The notes: generated by a model from the letters alone, not told the origin. Counted from the first letter of the stretch, positions 37,859 through 48,856 are shown. The stretch: DNA of 64,000 bases from Bdellovibrionota bacterium (GCA_044356295.1 JBIKWN010000006.1:7134-71133); one strand, 5' to 3'. Program-made: numbers and translations.

Positions 37859-37950
37859 GAAATTAAAAATTTATTCGTACCGGGTAATTGTGTGACGCTT
37901 CGCTGATGTAAAGATATATCTGAGTCATTCGATTTGCTAGAATTTTATCT

Positions 37951-38286
37951 ATGCAAGAAATCACCTGGTCAGATTTTGAAAAAGTTGAATTGCGAGTTGG
38001 AACAATTATTGAAGTGAATGATTTTCCACAAGCTCGAAAGCCTGCCTTGAAATTAAAAATTGATTTCGGAGAAATCGGCATCCTTCAGTCAAGCGCTCAG
38101 ATCACTGAACAGTATCCAAAAGAAGATCTTATTGGAAAGCAAATCCTTGCTGTGGTTAACTTTCCAAAAAAACAAATTGCAAACTTCTTCTCTGAGTGTC
38201 TTACGACTGGTGTAGCGAATCACGTGGGGGAAGTTATACTTGTTTCTCCTGATAAAAAAGTTCCTAATGGGGCTCGTCTATTTTAA
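37951..38286 (+). CDS. csaA: tRNA-binding-domain protein CsaA
   Basis: DFEKVELRVGTIIEVNDFPQARKPALKLKIDFGE is the Myf/tRNA-binding OB-fold signature. Confidence 0.85.
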   Translation: MQEITWSDFEKVELRVGTIIEVNDFPQARKPALKLKIDFGEIGILQSSAQITEQYPKEDLIGKQILAVVNFPKKQIANFFSECLTTGVANHVGEVILVSPDKKVPNGARLF

Positions 38287-38317
38287 TACTAATCAGTTGC
38301 TTTTGCGTCGTTAGCTC

Positions 38318-39289
38318 ATGTTTCAAGATCTACTGTTCGATCAAATCTCTAACTATAAAAATGAGTTCAAAAGCATCCTCTTGGTAAATGCTGAAGTTTC
38401 TAAAGAACTCACAGAACCTCAGTTCAAAGAATATCTTTCTGTAATACAATCTGAAAAAGCAGCTTTTGATGCATTATCTAAGATCTCTACTCATGCTTTC
38501 TCTTCCCTTTCACAGTTACGAGATATTCAATTTGATATAGTACTTTTTCAGGGGACACGATTTAAAGAAAGGAACCTTTCAGTACTTTCTGCGCTCCCAA
38601 ACATTCTTAAATCTGGAGGACTTTTTATTGAAGTACTTTCGAATATGCACGGAGCTTCTCGGTATGAAAAAATCCTGAAACAATCTTATCAAGCAGAAAT
38701 ATTTTCTGATTCAAAAAGAAAAGCAAGGGTTTTCGGTATAGCTGATTTCAATCCGACATTTTTTAATCTTTCAGAACCAGTACTAGATAAAAATCAATCC
38801 CGAGCAAGCTTTAATAAAGGCGAATTAGATAAAGGGTCTTTGTTGTTAGCAGAATGTTTAGCGGGAAAACTTTCTGGTGAAATTTTTGAATTCTGCTCTG
38901 GTAGTGGATTGTTAGCATCAAGGCTTACGAACGACTCTCCACTTATTACAAAATGCATTGGGTTTGAATCTGACTTCGACTCGTACGAACGATCAAAGGA
39001 GATTGAAAATGATAAGATCTCTTTCCAATGGCAAGATATTCTTTCACTTCCTGAGTCAGTAAAATTTAAAACAATAGTAGTAAATCCACCGTTTCACGAT
39101 GCTGACGGAGAAAATATAAAACTAGGATTGAAAATTATTCAGAAAGCATTGTCGCTTCTTAAAACAAATGGCAATCTTTACGTCGTTCAAAATTCGCATC
39201 TGCCTTATTTAAGGGATCTCAAACTTCCAAAGAGAGCAGAGATACTAAGTCAACAAAACGGTTTTATGGTATGGCATTATGAGGCTTGA
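38318..39289 (+). CDS. Class I SAM-dependent methyltransferase, RsmC/RlmG-like (rRNA m2G)
   Basis: SAM-binding motif EFCSGSGLLASRL and the amino-MTase motif IVVNPPFH. Confidence 0.7.
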   Translation: MFQDLLFDQISNYKNEFKSILLVNAEVSKELTEPQFKEYLSVIQSEKAAFDALSKISTHAFSSLSQLRDIQFDIVLFQGTRFKERNLSVLSALPNILKSGGLFIEVLSNMHGASRYEKILKQSYQAEIFSDSKRKARVFGIADFNPTFFNLSEPVLDKNQSRASFNKGELDKGSLLLAECLAGKLSGEIFEFCSGSGLLASRLTNDSPLITKCIGFESDFDSYERSKEIENDKISFQWQDILSLPESVKFKTIVVNPPFHDADGENIKLGLKIIQKALSLLKTNGNLYVVQNSHLPYLRDLKLPKRAEILSQQNGFMVWHYEA

Positions 39290-39995
39290 TAGATTACTCA
39301 GTAATCGAGGTTACTGCTCAAGGAGTGAAGTAAAGCGCTTTATTAGAGAAAATCGAATCCGAATCGATAATGAACCTGCTTACTCGCCTTCTCAAGCAAT
39401 TCATAATGAATCAGTCTTTATCGATGATGAACCCATCGATCCTGAAATCATTACGATAATGCTCCATAAGCCAATAGGATTTGTTTGTAGCCACCGCGAA
39501 CAAGGGCGATTGATTTACGAACTCCTTCCAGAACGTTGGTCTAATCTTAAACCACAACTCTCTTCTGTCGGTCGCCTCGATAAAGAGTCGAGTGGACTTT
39601 TAATCTTAACGAATGATGGTCAACTCAATCATCAACTCACTCAACCGAAAAAAGTCGGTAAGGTTTATGCTGTAAAAACAAGAGATCCGCTCTCTGGTAA
39701 TGAATCCTCCCTTTTTAGTAGTGGGACTTTTACGCTTCCTGATGAGGAGCAACCACTCCTTCCTGCAACTTTTTTAGAACAGAGCCCTCATTCCGGTCTT
39801 TTAACCATTCATGAAGGCAAATACCACCAGATTCGACGTATGTTTGCTGCAGTTGGTAATGAAGTTATCGAACTACACCGTACACAAATTGGGGATCTAC
39901 CTCTTCTACCTGAAGAGCCTGGTGCTTGGTGCTTTTTAACTGATGATCAGCTCAAGCTCGCGCTTGCACCTTCCTTCAGTCAAAAGCATAATTAG
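39279..39995 (+). CDS. RsuA-family rRNA pseudouridine synthase; second paralogue in the window
   Basis: S4 domain [31 protein letters not shown]. Catalytic motif [17 protein letters not shown]. Overlaps the methyltransferase by 11 bp, so likely an operon. Confidence 0.85.
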   Translation: MRLDRLLSNRGYCSRSEVKRFIRENRIRIDNEPAYSPSQAIHNESVFIDDEPIDPEIITIMLHKPIGFVCSHREQGRLIYELLPERWSNLKPQLSSVGRLDKESSGLLILTNDGQLNHQLTQPKKVGKVYAVKTRDPLSGNESSLFSSGTFTLPDEEQPLLPATFLEQSPHSGLLTIHEGKYHQIRRMFAAVGNEVIELHRTQIGDLPLLPEEPGAWCFLTDDQLKLALAPSFSQKHN

Positions 39996-40002
39996 CCCCC
40001 TT

Positions 40003-40638
40003 ATGGAATATTTCATCGACCTCTTCTTACACCTCGACAAACACCTTGATACACTTGTTCTCTCTGCTGGGAATTGGACCTATGCAATACTCTTTCTCAT
40101 TATTTTTTGCGAAACAGGATTAGTTGTTACTCCGATTCTTCCTGGTGATTCACTACTTTTTGCCGCAGGAGCTCTTGCAGCATTAAGTTCATTAAATATT
40201 TACTTATTAATTGTTCTTCTCACTATTGCAGCGATACTTGGAGATGCCGTCAATTATGCCATTGGAAGAAAATTAGGCATGAAAGCATTTGATAATCCAA
40301 ATTCAAAGATTTTTAAAAAAGAGTACCTTGAAAAGACTCAAAGTTTTTACGAACGCTACGGTGGAAAAACAATCATCATTGCTCGTTTTGTCCCAATTGT
40401 CAGAACCTTTGCTCCTTTCTTAGCAGGAGTAGGCAAAATGCCTTATTCGCAGTTTGGGTTCTATAATATAACAGGGGCGATCTTCTGGATTACATCGATG
40501 ACATACGCTGGGTATATTTTTGGCGGTATTGAAATCGTCAAAAAGAATTTTAGCGTTGTTGTTATATTAATTGTAATCCTATCTATCCTTCCTGCTGTAT
40601 TCGAAGTAGTTCGATCGAGGAAGACAAAAAATAATTAA
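40003..40638 (+). CDS. DedA/SNARE-associated family membrane protein
   Basis: Start at the internal Met [11 protein letters not shown]. DedA core [26 protein letters not shown]. Confidence 0.85.
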   Translation: MEYFIDLFLHLDKHLDTLVLSAGNWTYAILFLIIFCETGLVVTPILPGDSLLFAAGALAALSSLNIYLLIVLLTIAAILGDAVNYAIGRKLGMKAFDNPNSKIFKKEYLEKTQSFYERYGGKTIIIARFVPIVRTFAPFLAGVGKMPYSQFGFYNITGAIFWITSMTYAGYIFGGIEIVKKNFSVVVILIVILSILPAVFEVVRSRKTKNN

Positions 40639-40644
40639 AACTTT

Positions 40645-42615
40645 TCAGATCTCTTCAGCTTCAGGATACACCCGCTTTAATGAATATGTTCTTGGAGCTG
40701 AAATAACGAGCGGTACCTTTTCTGTCATGACAGAACTGGTGTCTAGTCCAAAGCCGCGCTCTTCTGATAGGGCAAAGCGTTTGAGTATTGAATAACCCAA
40801 CATTATAGTTTGTTCATAGAAAGGAAGATCATTTTCAGCAGCAAGTGATTTTTCAAGAACAATAAACCTAAAATCACCTGGGATGTTGTTTTTTCGAAGT
40901 GATTCGTATCGACTTAAAATATCAACTTCATTGTTATTTGAAAGCTCTTCAAGAACTTGTCTAAATAAAACATTAATTCTCGGTTCAAGTCGAAAACCAA
41001 GACTAAAATCGATTCTAAAAACTTTTCCAGGAACAAGTGGCACAACTTCATATTCGGTTGTGTAAGGTTCATCAACAACATCGACATGAATAAACCAATA
41101 TACATCTGCTTTCTTAGGGCGCTTACGAAAGATTGAATAAATAATTTTACTTTCAATCATTTCAGATACAGGGGCACCTGTAAGATAGACAAGATGGGTT
41201 GAGAATTTAGGAATTGAAGCGTCTTTGCTGAGGTCTTCTAACGAATCCAAATGATCGCTCAGTGCAACATATTCTGTATATCGACGTTTCAAGCGAGTTG
41301 CTTGATTCCAGATCCACATTGAGGCAAAAAGTGCTCCTCCAATAATGACCGTGACGTATCCTCCATGCATAAACTTAATGAGATTTGAAACGAGGAACGC
41401 ACCTTCAATCGGAAGATAGAAACCAAGAAACAACCAGATTAATAAAGGGGAAATTCTTTTTAGTCGTAAATAAAAACTAAACAGTACTGTTGTCATTAAC
41501 ATAGTAATTGTAATTGACAACCCGTATGCAGCTTCCATGTTGCTTGATTCACGGAAATACAGAACAACACCAACGCATCCTAAAAATAACATCAAGTTTA
41601 AAGCAGGAACGTAAATCTGACCTTTAACTTCCGTAGGATAAACAATTCGACTCTTCGGAAAGAAATAAAGTCGAATTGCCTCAGCTACCAAAGTAAAAGA
41701 GCCTGAAATTAATGCCTGGCTGGCAATAATTGCAGCACCTGTTGCAATGGCAATTCCAAACATTAAGAACCAGTCAGGCATCATTGCAAAAAAAGGATTT
41801 CTATCTTCAAGAGGTTGACCAATATTTTTAAGTAACCACGCACCTTGTCCGAAATAATTAATGAGTAATGCAAGTTTTACAAAACCCCAACTAAACCTAA
41901 TATTTGGTTTTCCGCAGTGCCCTAGATCAGAATAAAGAGCCTCCGCTCCAGTAGTACAAAGAAAAATTGCACCGAGCGCCCAAAAACCATGACTGTGATG
42001 AAACAGGAGTTGAAATCCATAGAGTGGATTTATAGCTCTAAGCACAGAAAAATTATCAACTAACTGATTCATACCGAGAACTGCGAGCATCGTGAACCAG
42101 ATAAACATTACTGGACCAAATAATTTCCCGACTGCTTTGGTTCCAAAATGCTGAACAGAAAAGAGCAACGTAATAATGACTAAGACAATTGGTACTGTTG
42201 GAATGTCTGGATAGATAATCCTCAATCCTTCAATTGCAGAGGATACCGATATAGGGGGAGTAATAATTCCATCCGCGAGAAGAGCACTACCACCAATGAT
42301 GGCAGGAAAAATCAACCATTTTGCTTGTCTTCTTGTTAGAGCAAATAGTGAAAAGATACCACCCTCACCTTTATTGTCCGCTTGAAGAATCAACCAAACG
42401 TATTTAATCGTCGTTAGGGATGTCAGAGTCCAAAAAATTAAAGACAGTCCACCCAGAACTACTTCTTCAGATATATGCTCTAACCCTATGACTGCTTTTA
42501 ATACATAGAGGGGTGAAGTACCTATATCTCCATATATGATACCTAATGCAACGAGAAACGTAGCGGCTGTAACCTTATTGTCATGCCCGTTATGATGAGT
42601 ACTTGATGATGCCAT
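40645..42615 (-). CDS. kup: KUP/HAK/KT-family potassium uptake transporter
   Basis: ALGIIYGDIGTSPLYV is the Kup signature, with about 12 TM segments and a cytoplasmic C-domain. Start Met chosen at MASSS; the track ORF is 12 codons longer. Confidence 0.9.
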   Translation of the reverse strand: MASSSTHHNGHDNKVTAATFLVALGIIYGDIGTSPLYVLKAVIGLEHISEEVVLGGLSLIFWTLTSLTTIKYVWLILQADNKGEGGIFSLFALTRRQAKWLIFPAIIGGSALLADGIITPPISVSSAIEGLRIIYPDIPTVPIVLVIITLLFSVQHFGTKAVGKLFGPVMFIWFTMLAVLGMNQLVDNFSVLRAINPLYGFQLLFHHSHGFWALGAIFLCTTGAEALYSDLGHCGKPNIRFSWGFVKLALLINYFGQGAWLLKNIGQPLEDRNPFFAMMPDWFLMFGIAIATGAAIIASQALISGSFTLVAEAIRLYFFPKSRIVYPTEVKGQIYVPALNLMLFLGCVGVVLYFRESSNMEAAYGLSITITMLMTTVLFSFYLRLKRISPLLIWLFLGFYLPIEGAFLVSNLIKFMHGGYVTVIIGGALFASMWIWNQATRLKRRYTEYVALSDHLDSLEDLSKDASIPKFSTHLVYLTGAPVSEMIESKIIYSIFRKRPKKADVYWFIHVDVVDEPYTTEYEVVPLVPGKVFRIDFSLGFRLEPRINVLFRQVLEELSNNNEVDILSRYESLRKNNIPGDFRFIVLEKSLAAENDLPFYEQTIMLGYSILKRFALSEERGFGLDTSSVMTEKVPLVISAPRTYSLKRVYPEAEEI

Positions 42616-42765
42616 AAACTTCCAAAACAACCCTCTAGAGGAGCAGATCATATACCGTTCACTTCAACCTTCAACCCCTAGAATCACTTCCAGCTCAAAA
42701 AGCGAAAAGAATCCTAAGTTTCCCAAAGACTTGACATAGACGAATTGGTAAGGAAAAGTTAGCCC

Positions 42766-44844
42766 ATGCAAGATATTACCCCTTTCCTTCTTTTCGTCCT
42801 TAAATGTTCAACTATAGGTCTAGGCGCAATTGCTCTGGTCCTTGCCCTTAAACTTTACAATGACATCAAAAAACTTCCTGCCGGAGAGGGCAAGTTATTT
42901 GATGTTGCTCTTGCAATACGAACCGGAGCCTTCGCGTACCTGAATGAGCAATTCAAGTATATTGCTCCTTTTGCAGGTGCCGCATTCTTACTCATATTTT
43001 TTACCATTGGGTTTGATTCAGCTATTTCGTATCTTGTTGGTGCTGGATTTTCACTTCTCGCAGGCTACCTTGGAATGAACGCAGCTACGATGGCAAACGT
43101 AAGAACTGCAGTCGTTGCTTCTCAAAATAAACCAAAAGAAGCTTTGATGGTTGCTTTCAATGGTGGAAGCGTCATGGGACTTATTGTTGCAGGACTAGGA
43201 ATCATTGGTCTTGGAGTTCTTTTCTTCCTTTACGGCAACCCTGAGCATCATGAAGCAATTATTGGATTCGGATTAGGCGCATCATCAGTTGCTCTTTTCG
43301 CAAGAATTGGCGGAGGTATTTATACAAAAGCTGCTGACGTTGGTTCAGATCTTGTTGGAAAAATGGAAGCAGGAATTCCTGAAGATGACCCTCGTAACCC
43401 TGGTGTTATAGCTGATAACGTCGGTGATAACGTTGGTGACGTTGCAGGAATGGGTGCTGATATATTTGAATCATTCGTAAGCATTACTATTGGTTGCGTT
43501 GCCGTTGCAGCAACTCTAAGCCTTACAGATTTAGGAACTATTACTACTTGGACACTTGATAATCCGACAACGATTCTTTTGGCTCAAAAAGTTGCAATGT
43601 TTACTCCAATATTTCAAGGAGTAATCGGACTTATCGCTTGTTTGATCGGAATGAAGATGATGTATGCGTTCAAAGAAGGTGAGCCTGCTGCTGCGCTTCG
43701 TAACGTTACAATTGCAACAACAGTAATTTATCTTGCTCTTGCATTTGCCTACTTCTTCTTTATGCCTGGTGTGAAATTCTCTTTATTCTTTACATTACTT
43801 GTTGGTGCTCTTGCAGGTTTAGGAATTGGGTTTGTGAGTGAATACTACACTGCATCAAAACCTATCTATGCAATTTGTAATGCTTCCAAAACTGGTGCTG
43901 CTACAAATATTATTGCAGGTATAGCTACAGGATTTAGTTCATGTGCGGTGCCAATCTTACTAATCGTTATCGCAACTGCTATTTCTCATGCAGTCGGTGG
44001 CGTATATGGTTCAGCATTAGCCGGTGTTTCAATGCTTGCAACTGTTGCAATCACTATGACAATCGATGCGTATGGTCCGATTGCAGATAATGCTGGTGGT
44101 ATCAGCGAGATGGCAGGACTTGGTGCCGAGACTCGTGCAATCACTGATAAACTTGACGCAATTGGTAATACCACTGCGGCAATAGGAAAAGGATTTGCAA
44201 TTGGTGCTTCTGGATTAACAGCTTTATCACTTTTTGCTGCCTATGCTCAGGTTGTTCAAAGTGGAACTCGTCACTTTGATTTAAGCATTACAAACTCTAA
44301 CCTTGTTATTGGAGTTTTTCTTGGTTCGATTGTCCCTGTTCTTGTAGCTGCATTCACGATGAGCTCAGTTGGTAAAGCTGCTGGACTTATGGTTGAAGAG
44401 ATACGTCGACAGTTCAGAGAAATCCCAGGTCTTCTTGAAGGTCATCCTGATGCAAAACCTGACGTTCAAAAGTGTGTTGCTATTTCTACAAGAGCTGCAC
44501 TATCTGAGATGCGCCTTCCTGGACTACTTGCTGTTGGCTCGCCAATAGCCGTTGGATTCATTCTTGGAGCTGAAGCTCTTGGTGGATTCCTTTTAGGTGT
44601 AACCGTTGTAGGAGTTGTCCTTGGAATCTTTATGGCAAACGCTGGTGGCGCTTGGGATAACGCTAAAAAATTCATCGAACAAGGACTTATTGCTGGTGAG
44701 AAAAAAGGAAGTGATGCTCACAAAGCTGCGGTTATTGGAGATACCGTAGGAGATCCTTTCAAAGATACTTCAGGACCTGCTCTTAATATCCTTATAAAAC
44801 TTGTTTCAATCCTTGCACTTGTTATTGCACCGTTACTGAAATAA
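42766..44844 (+). CDS. hppA: Membrane-bound proton/sodium-translocating pyrophosphatase
   Basis: [35 protein letters not shown] and a C-terminal [17 protein letters not shown]. Confidence 0.95.
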   Translation: MQDITPFLLFVLKCSTIGLGAIALVLALKLYNDIKKLPAGEGKLFDVALAIRTGAFAYLNEQFKYIAPFAGAAFLLIFFTIGFDSAISYLVGAGFSLLAGYLGMNAATMANVRTAVVASQNKPKEALMVAFNGGSVMGLIVAGLGIIGLGVLFFLYGNPEHHEAIIGFGLGASSVALFARIGGGIYTKAADVGSDLVGKMEAGIPEDDPRNPGVIADNVGDNVGDVAGMGADIFESFVSITIGCVAVAATLSLTDLGTITTWTLDNPTTILLAQKVAMFTPIFQGVIGLIACLIGMKMMYAFKEGEPAAALRNVTIATTVIYLALAFAYFFFMPGVKFSLFFTLLVGALAGLGIGFVSEYYTASKPIYAICNASKTGAATNIIAGIATGFSSCAVPILLIVIATAISHAVGGVYGSALAGVSMLATVAITMTIDAYGPIADNAGGISEMAGLGAETRAITDKLDAIGNTTAAIGKGFAIGASGLTALSLFAAYAQVVQSGTRHFDLSITNSNLVIGVFLGSIVPVLVAAFTMSSVGKAAGLMVEEIRRQFREIPGLLEGHPDAKPDVQKCVAISTRAALSEMRLPGLLAVGSPIAVGFILGAEALGGFLLGVTVVGVVLGIFMANAGGAWDNAKKFIEQGLIAGEKKGSDAHKAAVIGDTVGDPFKDTSGPALNILIKLVSILALVIAPLLK

Positions 44845-44867
44845 TTTTTAAAAGATTAAAATTATAA

Positions 44868-44906
44868 AAGCCGTTGTATTGATTAAACAATACAACGGCT
44901 TTTTTA
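44868..44906. terminator. Bidirectional rho-independent terminator
   Basis: Perfect 13-bp stem agccgttgtattg / caatacaacggct with loop attaaa. Flanked by an A-run on one side and a T-run on the other. Confidence 0.75.
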
Positions 44907-44924
44907 TATTACTTTACGGTCAGG

Positions 44925-45191
44925 CTATCCTCGTCTCATGACCTCACGATTGTCATTCACAAGCTCCTTAATATCTTCGACAGCATCCTTGGCTTGTTCA
45001 AAATAACTCGAAGCATTTTCAACATAGCGTTCAACCGCTGCTTTTGACCATGTATTATGTGTAGGAATCTGAACTTTCCTCACAGCTTCGTTTACATACG
45101 GAATAGCACTAGGGAAAACTAATGCAACTTCATTATATCCCCACTGCGCGACACTCGAATAAAAAATACATGCCAGAACAAAACGAATCAT
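44925..45191 (-). CDS. Small hypothetical exported protein
   Basis: 88 aa with a hydrophobic N-terminus. Confidence 0.45.
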   Translation of the reverse strand: MIRFVLACIFYSSVAQWGYNEVALVFPSAIPYVNEAVRKVQIPTHNTWSKAAVERYVENASSYFEQAKDAVEDIKELVNDNREVMRRG

Positions 45192-45378
45192 AGACTTCTC
45201 CCGCTTTTACTACTCTTTTTGGGGCTTTTGGATTCTTGAAGAACCACTATCCCTCGCAATGAATAAGCTATCGTTTTAGAGTCGAATTTATTTTAGCTTT
45301 GAGAGCTTTTTTTATTTTTTTCTAATAATTTTTTTGGGGAAATTGAAAAAGAGTACGTATTTTTATGAGACGAAAACC

Positions 45379-46131
45379 CTAAGACTTTTTAATAATTCGA
45401 ACGCCACCGGCCCTATTTTGGCGTGTTGGGTCAGAGTGAAGCCTTGCTAATCGCTCTTTTTCAGCATCTTTCTCTATGCGCTCCTTTTCTTTTTTCTTCC
45501 AAGAAATTAACTCGTGAGGTGGCTTCATCGCCTCTGATTCTTTGATAACAAGATTGAAATAATATGTTCGAAGTGACTCGTCTAATCCCTGAATCGCTTT
45601 TGCATAAACTTTTAAATCTCGAACTTTTTCACCTGGACTAGAGCCAGTAACTTTTGAAGTTGCAATTGCATCAAGCGTGTTGAGAGCAGATGGAACTAAA
45701 TGAGCAATTGCTGCTTCTTCTCTAGCACGACGTCTTTGTCGATGTGTAGAAGCAGCAAGAGTTGTGACTTCTACTAATGAATCAACAGAAAACGGCTCAA
45801 GAAGAACCCCATCACATCCATCTAAAATACTTGATGTAAGACCTGCTTTGCCAGTTTCCCCGCTTAGTAATATTAAGTACGCGCTATCTTGACCTTGAGA
45901 GGTTTGCTTGGCTTCATCGATAAAAGTTCGGATTGATTTCTCACCTGATTCAGGACCAACAAAAACTATAATTCTTTGGTCACCATCTTTTAAGACTTCA
46001 AGCCCTTTTTTAAATTCAGAACAAAGAGCTACAGAGCCAAAAGACAAGACTGAAGCAGTCGCGGCTTTAAGACGCATTCTGCGTTCACGGTTTGGATCCA
46101 CAACAAGAATGTCATATTTTTCTAATGCCAT
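45379..46131 (-). CDS. Hypothetical protein with a degenerate (pseudo-)receiver-like N-domain
   Basis: DILVVDPNRERRMRL resembles the receiver beta1. The phospho-acceptor position reads IIVFVG instead of LhhhDh. The C-terminal part is charged and coiled-coil-like. Confidence 0.45.
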   Translation of the reverse strand: MALEKYDILVVDPNRERRMRLKAATASVLSFGSVALCSEFKKGLEVLKDGDQRIIVFVGPESGEKSIRTFIDEAKQTSQGQDSAYLILLSGETGKAGLTSSILDGCDGVLLEPFSVDSLVEVTTLAASTHRQRRRAREEAAIAHLVPSALNTLDAIATSKVTGSSPGEKVRDLKVYAKAIQGLDESLRTYYFNLVIKESEAMKPPHELISWKKKEKERIEKDAEKERLARLHSDPTRQNRAGGVRIIKKS

Positions 46132-46165
46132 AAGTCTTCAAATACTAAACTAATCTTTCAGGATT

Positions 46166-47257
46166 CTACCACGATAATTTTGACCAAACGAGTGCATGAT
46201 CTGAGGCTTCTTGATAACCATTAATGATACCCGAGTTATAATTACCCTCTTTATCAATATTTTCGCGAAATAGAACAACAGCTTGTGGATTCACCAAAAT
46301 ATCATCGAGGAAAGAGAAAACTTTATTATATACAAAAGTCCCAGGTAGTTTAGCTGTTTCTGGATCATTGGTTATCACACTGAAAAATTTTACTGGTTGG
46401 CGAATATTTCCTTGGCAAATAGGTGTTCCCCGTTTTGTTAATCGACAACGACCTTTTTCTTTAAAATCTTCAATTACTAACGAACCCTCTAAGATACGAG
46501 CAGATGCAGTATCGAAGTGAGCGTTTCTATCACCAAGCAGTATCACAGGCTCTCCAGCTTCCATCTGATTTTTAAATCGATTTTCAAGCACGCGTCGAAT
46601 TCCCTCTGCCATTTCCATTCGATAGGTCTCCCACTGCAATGCCGCAGGGTCATCTTTTGATCCACTCTTTGATTTAAAATGTAAATTAAGGATTGATATA
46701 TTTTTATCTAATCTACCATCTTTGCCATCGACCGATATCTGAATCTCTAATGGTGAACGAGTAAACTGTCTTGGTTTTTGATTATTATCGAGTTTAGGAA
46801 GCAGCAGCCTTCGATATGTAACAGTATTTATAATTTGCGCCTTATCTGCAGCTACAAGAAATGCGTTCCTCTGAGAATTTTCATTTACATCACCGATCTT
46901 TGAAATAAAACGTCTACTTGTACTAATTTTTAAAATCTCTGCTAATCGATCGAGATTGAAAGCTGCAATTTCATTAGTTGAACCAACTAGTTCTTGAAGT
47001 CCAATGACATCACATTCAGCTTTCATGAAACGCTTAATAAGGTCTTTTTCTTTAGCGTTTGGTTCAGCTTGTACAAGTTTTCCTGCGATTTTTTTTAGTG
47101 GTTCTCCGCTATAATTTTTAAGATTTTGACTGCATACGACTAAACTGGTCTTACGAGAATCCAATGAGATATTTTCAAGATTGGTTCTGGATTGCGCTGA
47201 TAGAAGCGATGCAAAACAAAAAAATAACAGGTTAAATTTAAATAAAACAGCTCTCAA
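46166..47257 (-). CDS. Secreted endonuclease/exonuclease/phosphatase (EEP) family nuclease
   Basis: Signal peptide. GDRNAHFDT. C-terminal SDHALVWSKLSW, which is the EEP SDHxPV-type motif. Confidence 0.7.
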   Translation of the reverse strand: MRAVLFKFNLLFFCFASLLSAQSRTNLENISLDSRKTSLVVCSQNLKNYSGEPLKKIAGKLVQAEPNAKEKDLIKRFMKAECDVIGLQELVGSTNEIAAFNLDRLAEILKISTSRRFISKIGDVNENSQRNAFLVAADKAQIINTVTYRRLLLPKLDNNQKPRQFTRSPLEIQISVDGKDGRLDKNISILNLHFKSKSGSKDDPAALQWETYRMEMAEGIRRVLENRFKNQMEAGEPVILLGDRNAHFDTASARILEGSLVIEDFKEKGRCRLTKRGTPICQGNIRQPVKFFSVITNDPETAKLPGTFVYNKVFSFLDDILVNPQAVVLFRENIDKEGNYNSGIINGYQEASDHALVWSKLSW

Positions 47258-47804
47258 TCGAAACTCCAGTTTTTAATGCGTTCTTTAAACGAGACGTTGC
47301 AAGGTGACCAATTAATATCGCATCAATAATATCTTGATGTGACTTTACTACTGACAAACCAAAAGCTTTCAGTGAGTCCGCATAAAGCGTTTGCACAGTT
47401 TGTAATGCACTTTGCTTAACAACCGATCTCTGTAGCTGCTTACCTCTGAGCCCCATCACTTCAAACTGTACTGTCCGAGGAGAAATTCTTCCTGGAACTG
47501 AACAACCATGCTGCCTTCCTAATGTTTCGAATATACCCCTCACCCGTTCTACTTTGAAAGCAGCTTTTGGATCAATCATAGTCGTTTCTGATTCGCATAT
47601 AACGACATCAGAGTTTCCGAAATTAAAGTGATTAAAAAGTTCCACAATCTGCTTCTGTAAATCATCATATCGCTGAGACAACGAATGCTGAGACGCCGGT
47701 AAGCTCTTTATTTTACCAACTGCCTGCAAAGAATTCGTTGAAACCTCAAAAACTGCCCATCCCGAACAGGTAAGACTAGGATCGACCGCTAACACATACC
47801 GCAT
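47238..47804 (-). CDS. RuvC-like Holliday-junction resolvase-fold nuclease
   Basis: MRYVLAVDPSLTCSGWAV fits the RuvC N-terminal DPG...G motif. An acidic residue sits in ICESETT. The C-terminal DIIDAILIGHL resembles RuvC DAADALAIA..H. Confidence 0.55.
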   Translation of the reverse strand: MRYVLAVDPSLTCSGWAVFEVSTNSLQAVGKIKSLPASQHSLSQRYDDLQKQIVELFNHFNFGNSDVVICESETTMIDPKAAFKVERVRGIFETLGRQHGCSVPGRISPRTVQFEVMGLRGKQLQRSVVKQSALQTVQTLYADSLKAFGLSVVKSHQDIIDAILIGHLATSRLKNALKTGVSIESCFI

Positions 47805-47873
47805 GCTCCTATTTTTAACTGTTTAGGAAAGGTAGACAAAGCCCCTAAAAAGCTGAGAAACTCACCCCTCGTT

Positions 47874-48842
47874 ATGGATCAAGAATTAATTGCAGACCTC
47901 TATCGCCAAATGCTCCGAATTCGTCGTTTTGAAGAAGAAGCCGCCAGGCTTTACACAGAACGTAAAATTGGGGGATTCCTTCACCTTTATATTGGACAAG
48001 AAGCAGTAGCTGTTGGCTCTGTGTCAGTACTAGACCTTAAAAAGGACTACGTAATGACTGCCTACCGTTGTCATGGACACTACTTATCTTGTGGGGGCTC
48101 ATCCCGCGCTGGGATGGCTGAGCTCCTTGGGAAAGAGACTGGGTGCGCCAAAGGGCGTGGTGGCTCAATGCACTTTTATGACGTTGCAAACCATTTTATG
48201 GGCGGCTGGGGTATTGTTGGTGCCCAGTGTCCTGTTGCGGCTGGAATCGCTTTTGCTCAGAAATATCAAAACACTGATGGTGTTACTATTTGTTTTCTTG
48301 GTGATGGTGCTATCAATATTGGTCCTTTCCATGAAGCTATGTCTTTGGCTGCTCTCTGGAACCTCCCAGTGATTTTTATCATTGAAAACAATCAATTTGC
48401 GATGGGAACCCCTTTGCATAAAACCGCACCTGTTGAAGATGTTTCAATCCGAGCTATGGGATACCCAATGGCAAGAGATACTATGGATGGACATGATGTA
48501 TTTGCAGTACGTTCAGTCATGCATGCAGCAGTAAAACGTGCACGTGAACAAAAACTTCCTACTTTGATTGAAGCAAAAACATATCGTTACCGTGGTCACT
48601 CAATGGCAGACCCTGGAACCTACCGTACAAAAGAAGAAGTCGAGGAACGTAAGAAATTAGACCCTATCTTTTCACTAGGCAGTAAACTTGAGTCCTTAGG
48701 CATGAGTGCTGCAAAAACAAAAATTGATGATGCTATAGAAGCTGAGATTCAAGATGCAGTAAAATTTGCTGAAGAATCCAATTTCCCAGACCCATCAACC
48801 GCTGCACAGTATGTGTACTGTGATGACACTCCACTCATGTAA
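47874..48842 (+). CDS. 2-oxoacid dehydrogenase E1 component alpha subunit (pyruvate/acetoin dehydrogenase type, TPP-binding)
   Basis: Gx(n)N TPP-binding motif region (GDGAINIGPFHEAMSLAALWNLPVIFIIENNQFAMGT). YRYRGHSMADP covers the phosphorylation-loop region. Confidence 0.85.
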   Translation: MDQELIADLYRQMLRIRRFEEEAARLYTERKIGGFLHLYIGQEAVAVGSVSVLDLKKDYVMTAYRCHGHYLSCGGSSRAGMAELLGKETGCAKGRGGSMHFYDVANHFMGGWGIVGAQCPVAAGIAFAQKYQNTDGVTICFLGDGAINIGPFHEAMSLAALWNLPVIFIIENNQFAMGTPLHKTAPVEDVSIRAMGYPMARDTMDGHDVFAVRSVMHAAVKRAREQKLPTLIEAKTYRYRGHSMADPGTYRTKEEVEERKKLDPIFSLGSKLESLGMSAAKTKIDDAIEAEIQDAVKFAEESNFPDPSTAAQYVYCDDTPLM

Positions 48843-48856
48843 TAAAAAATATAGTT

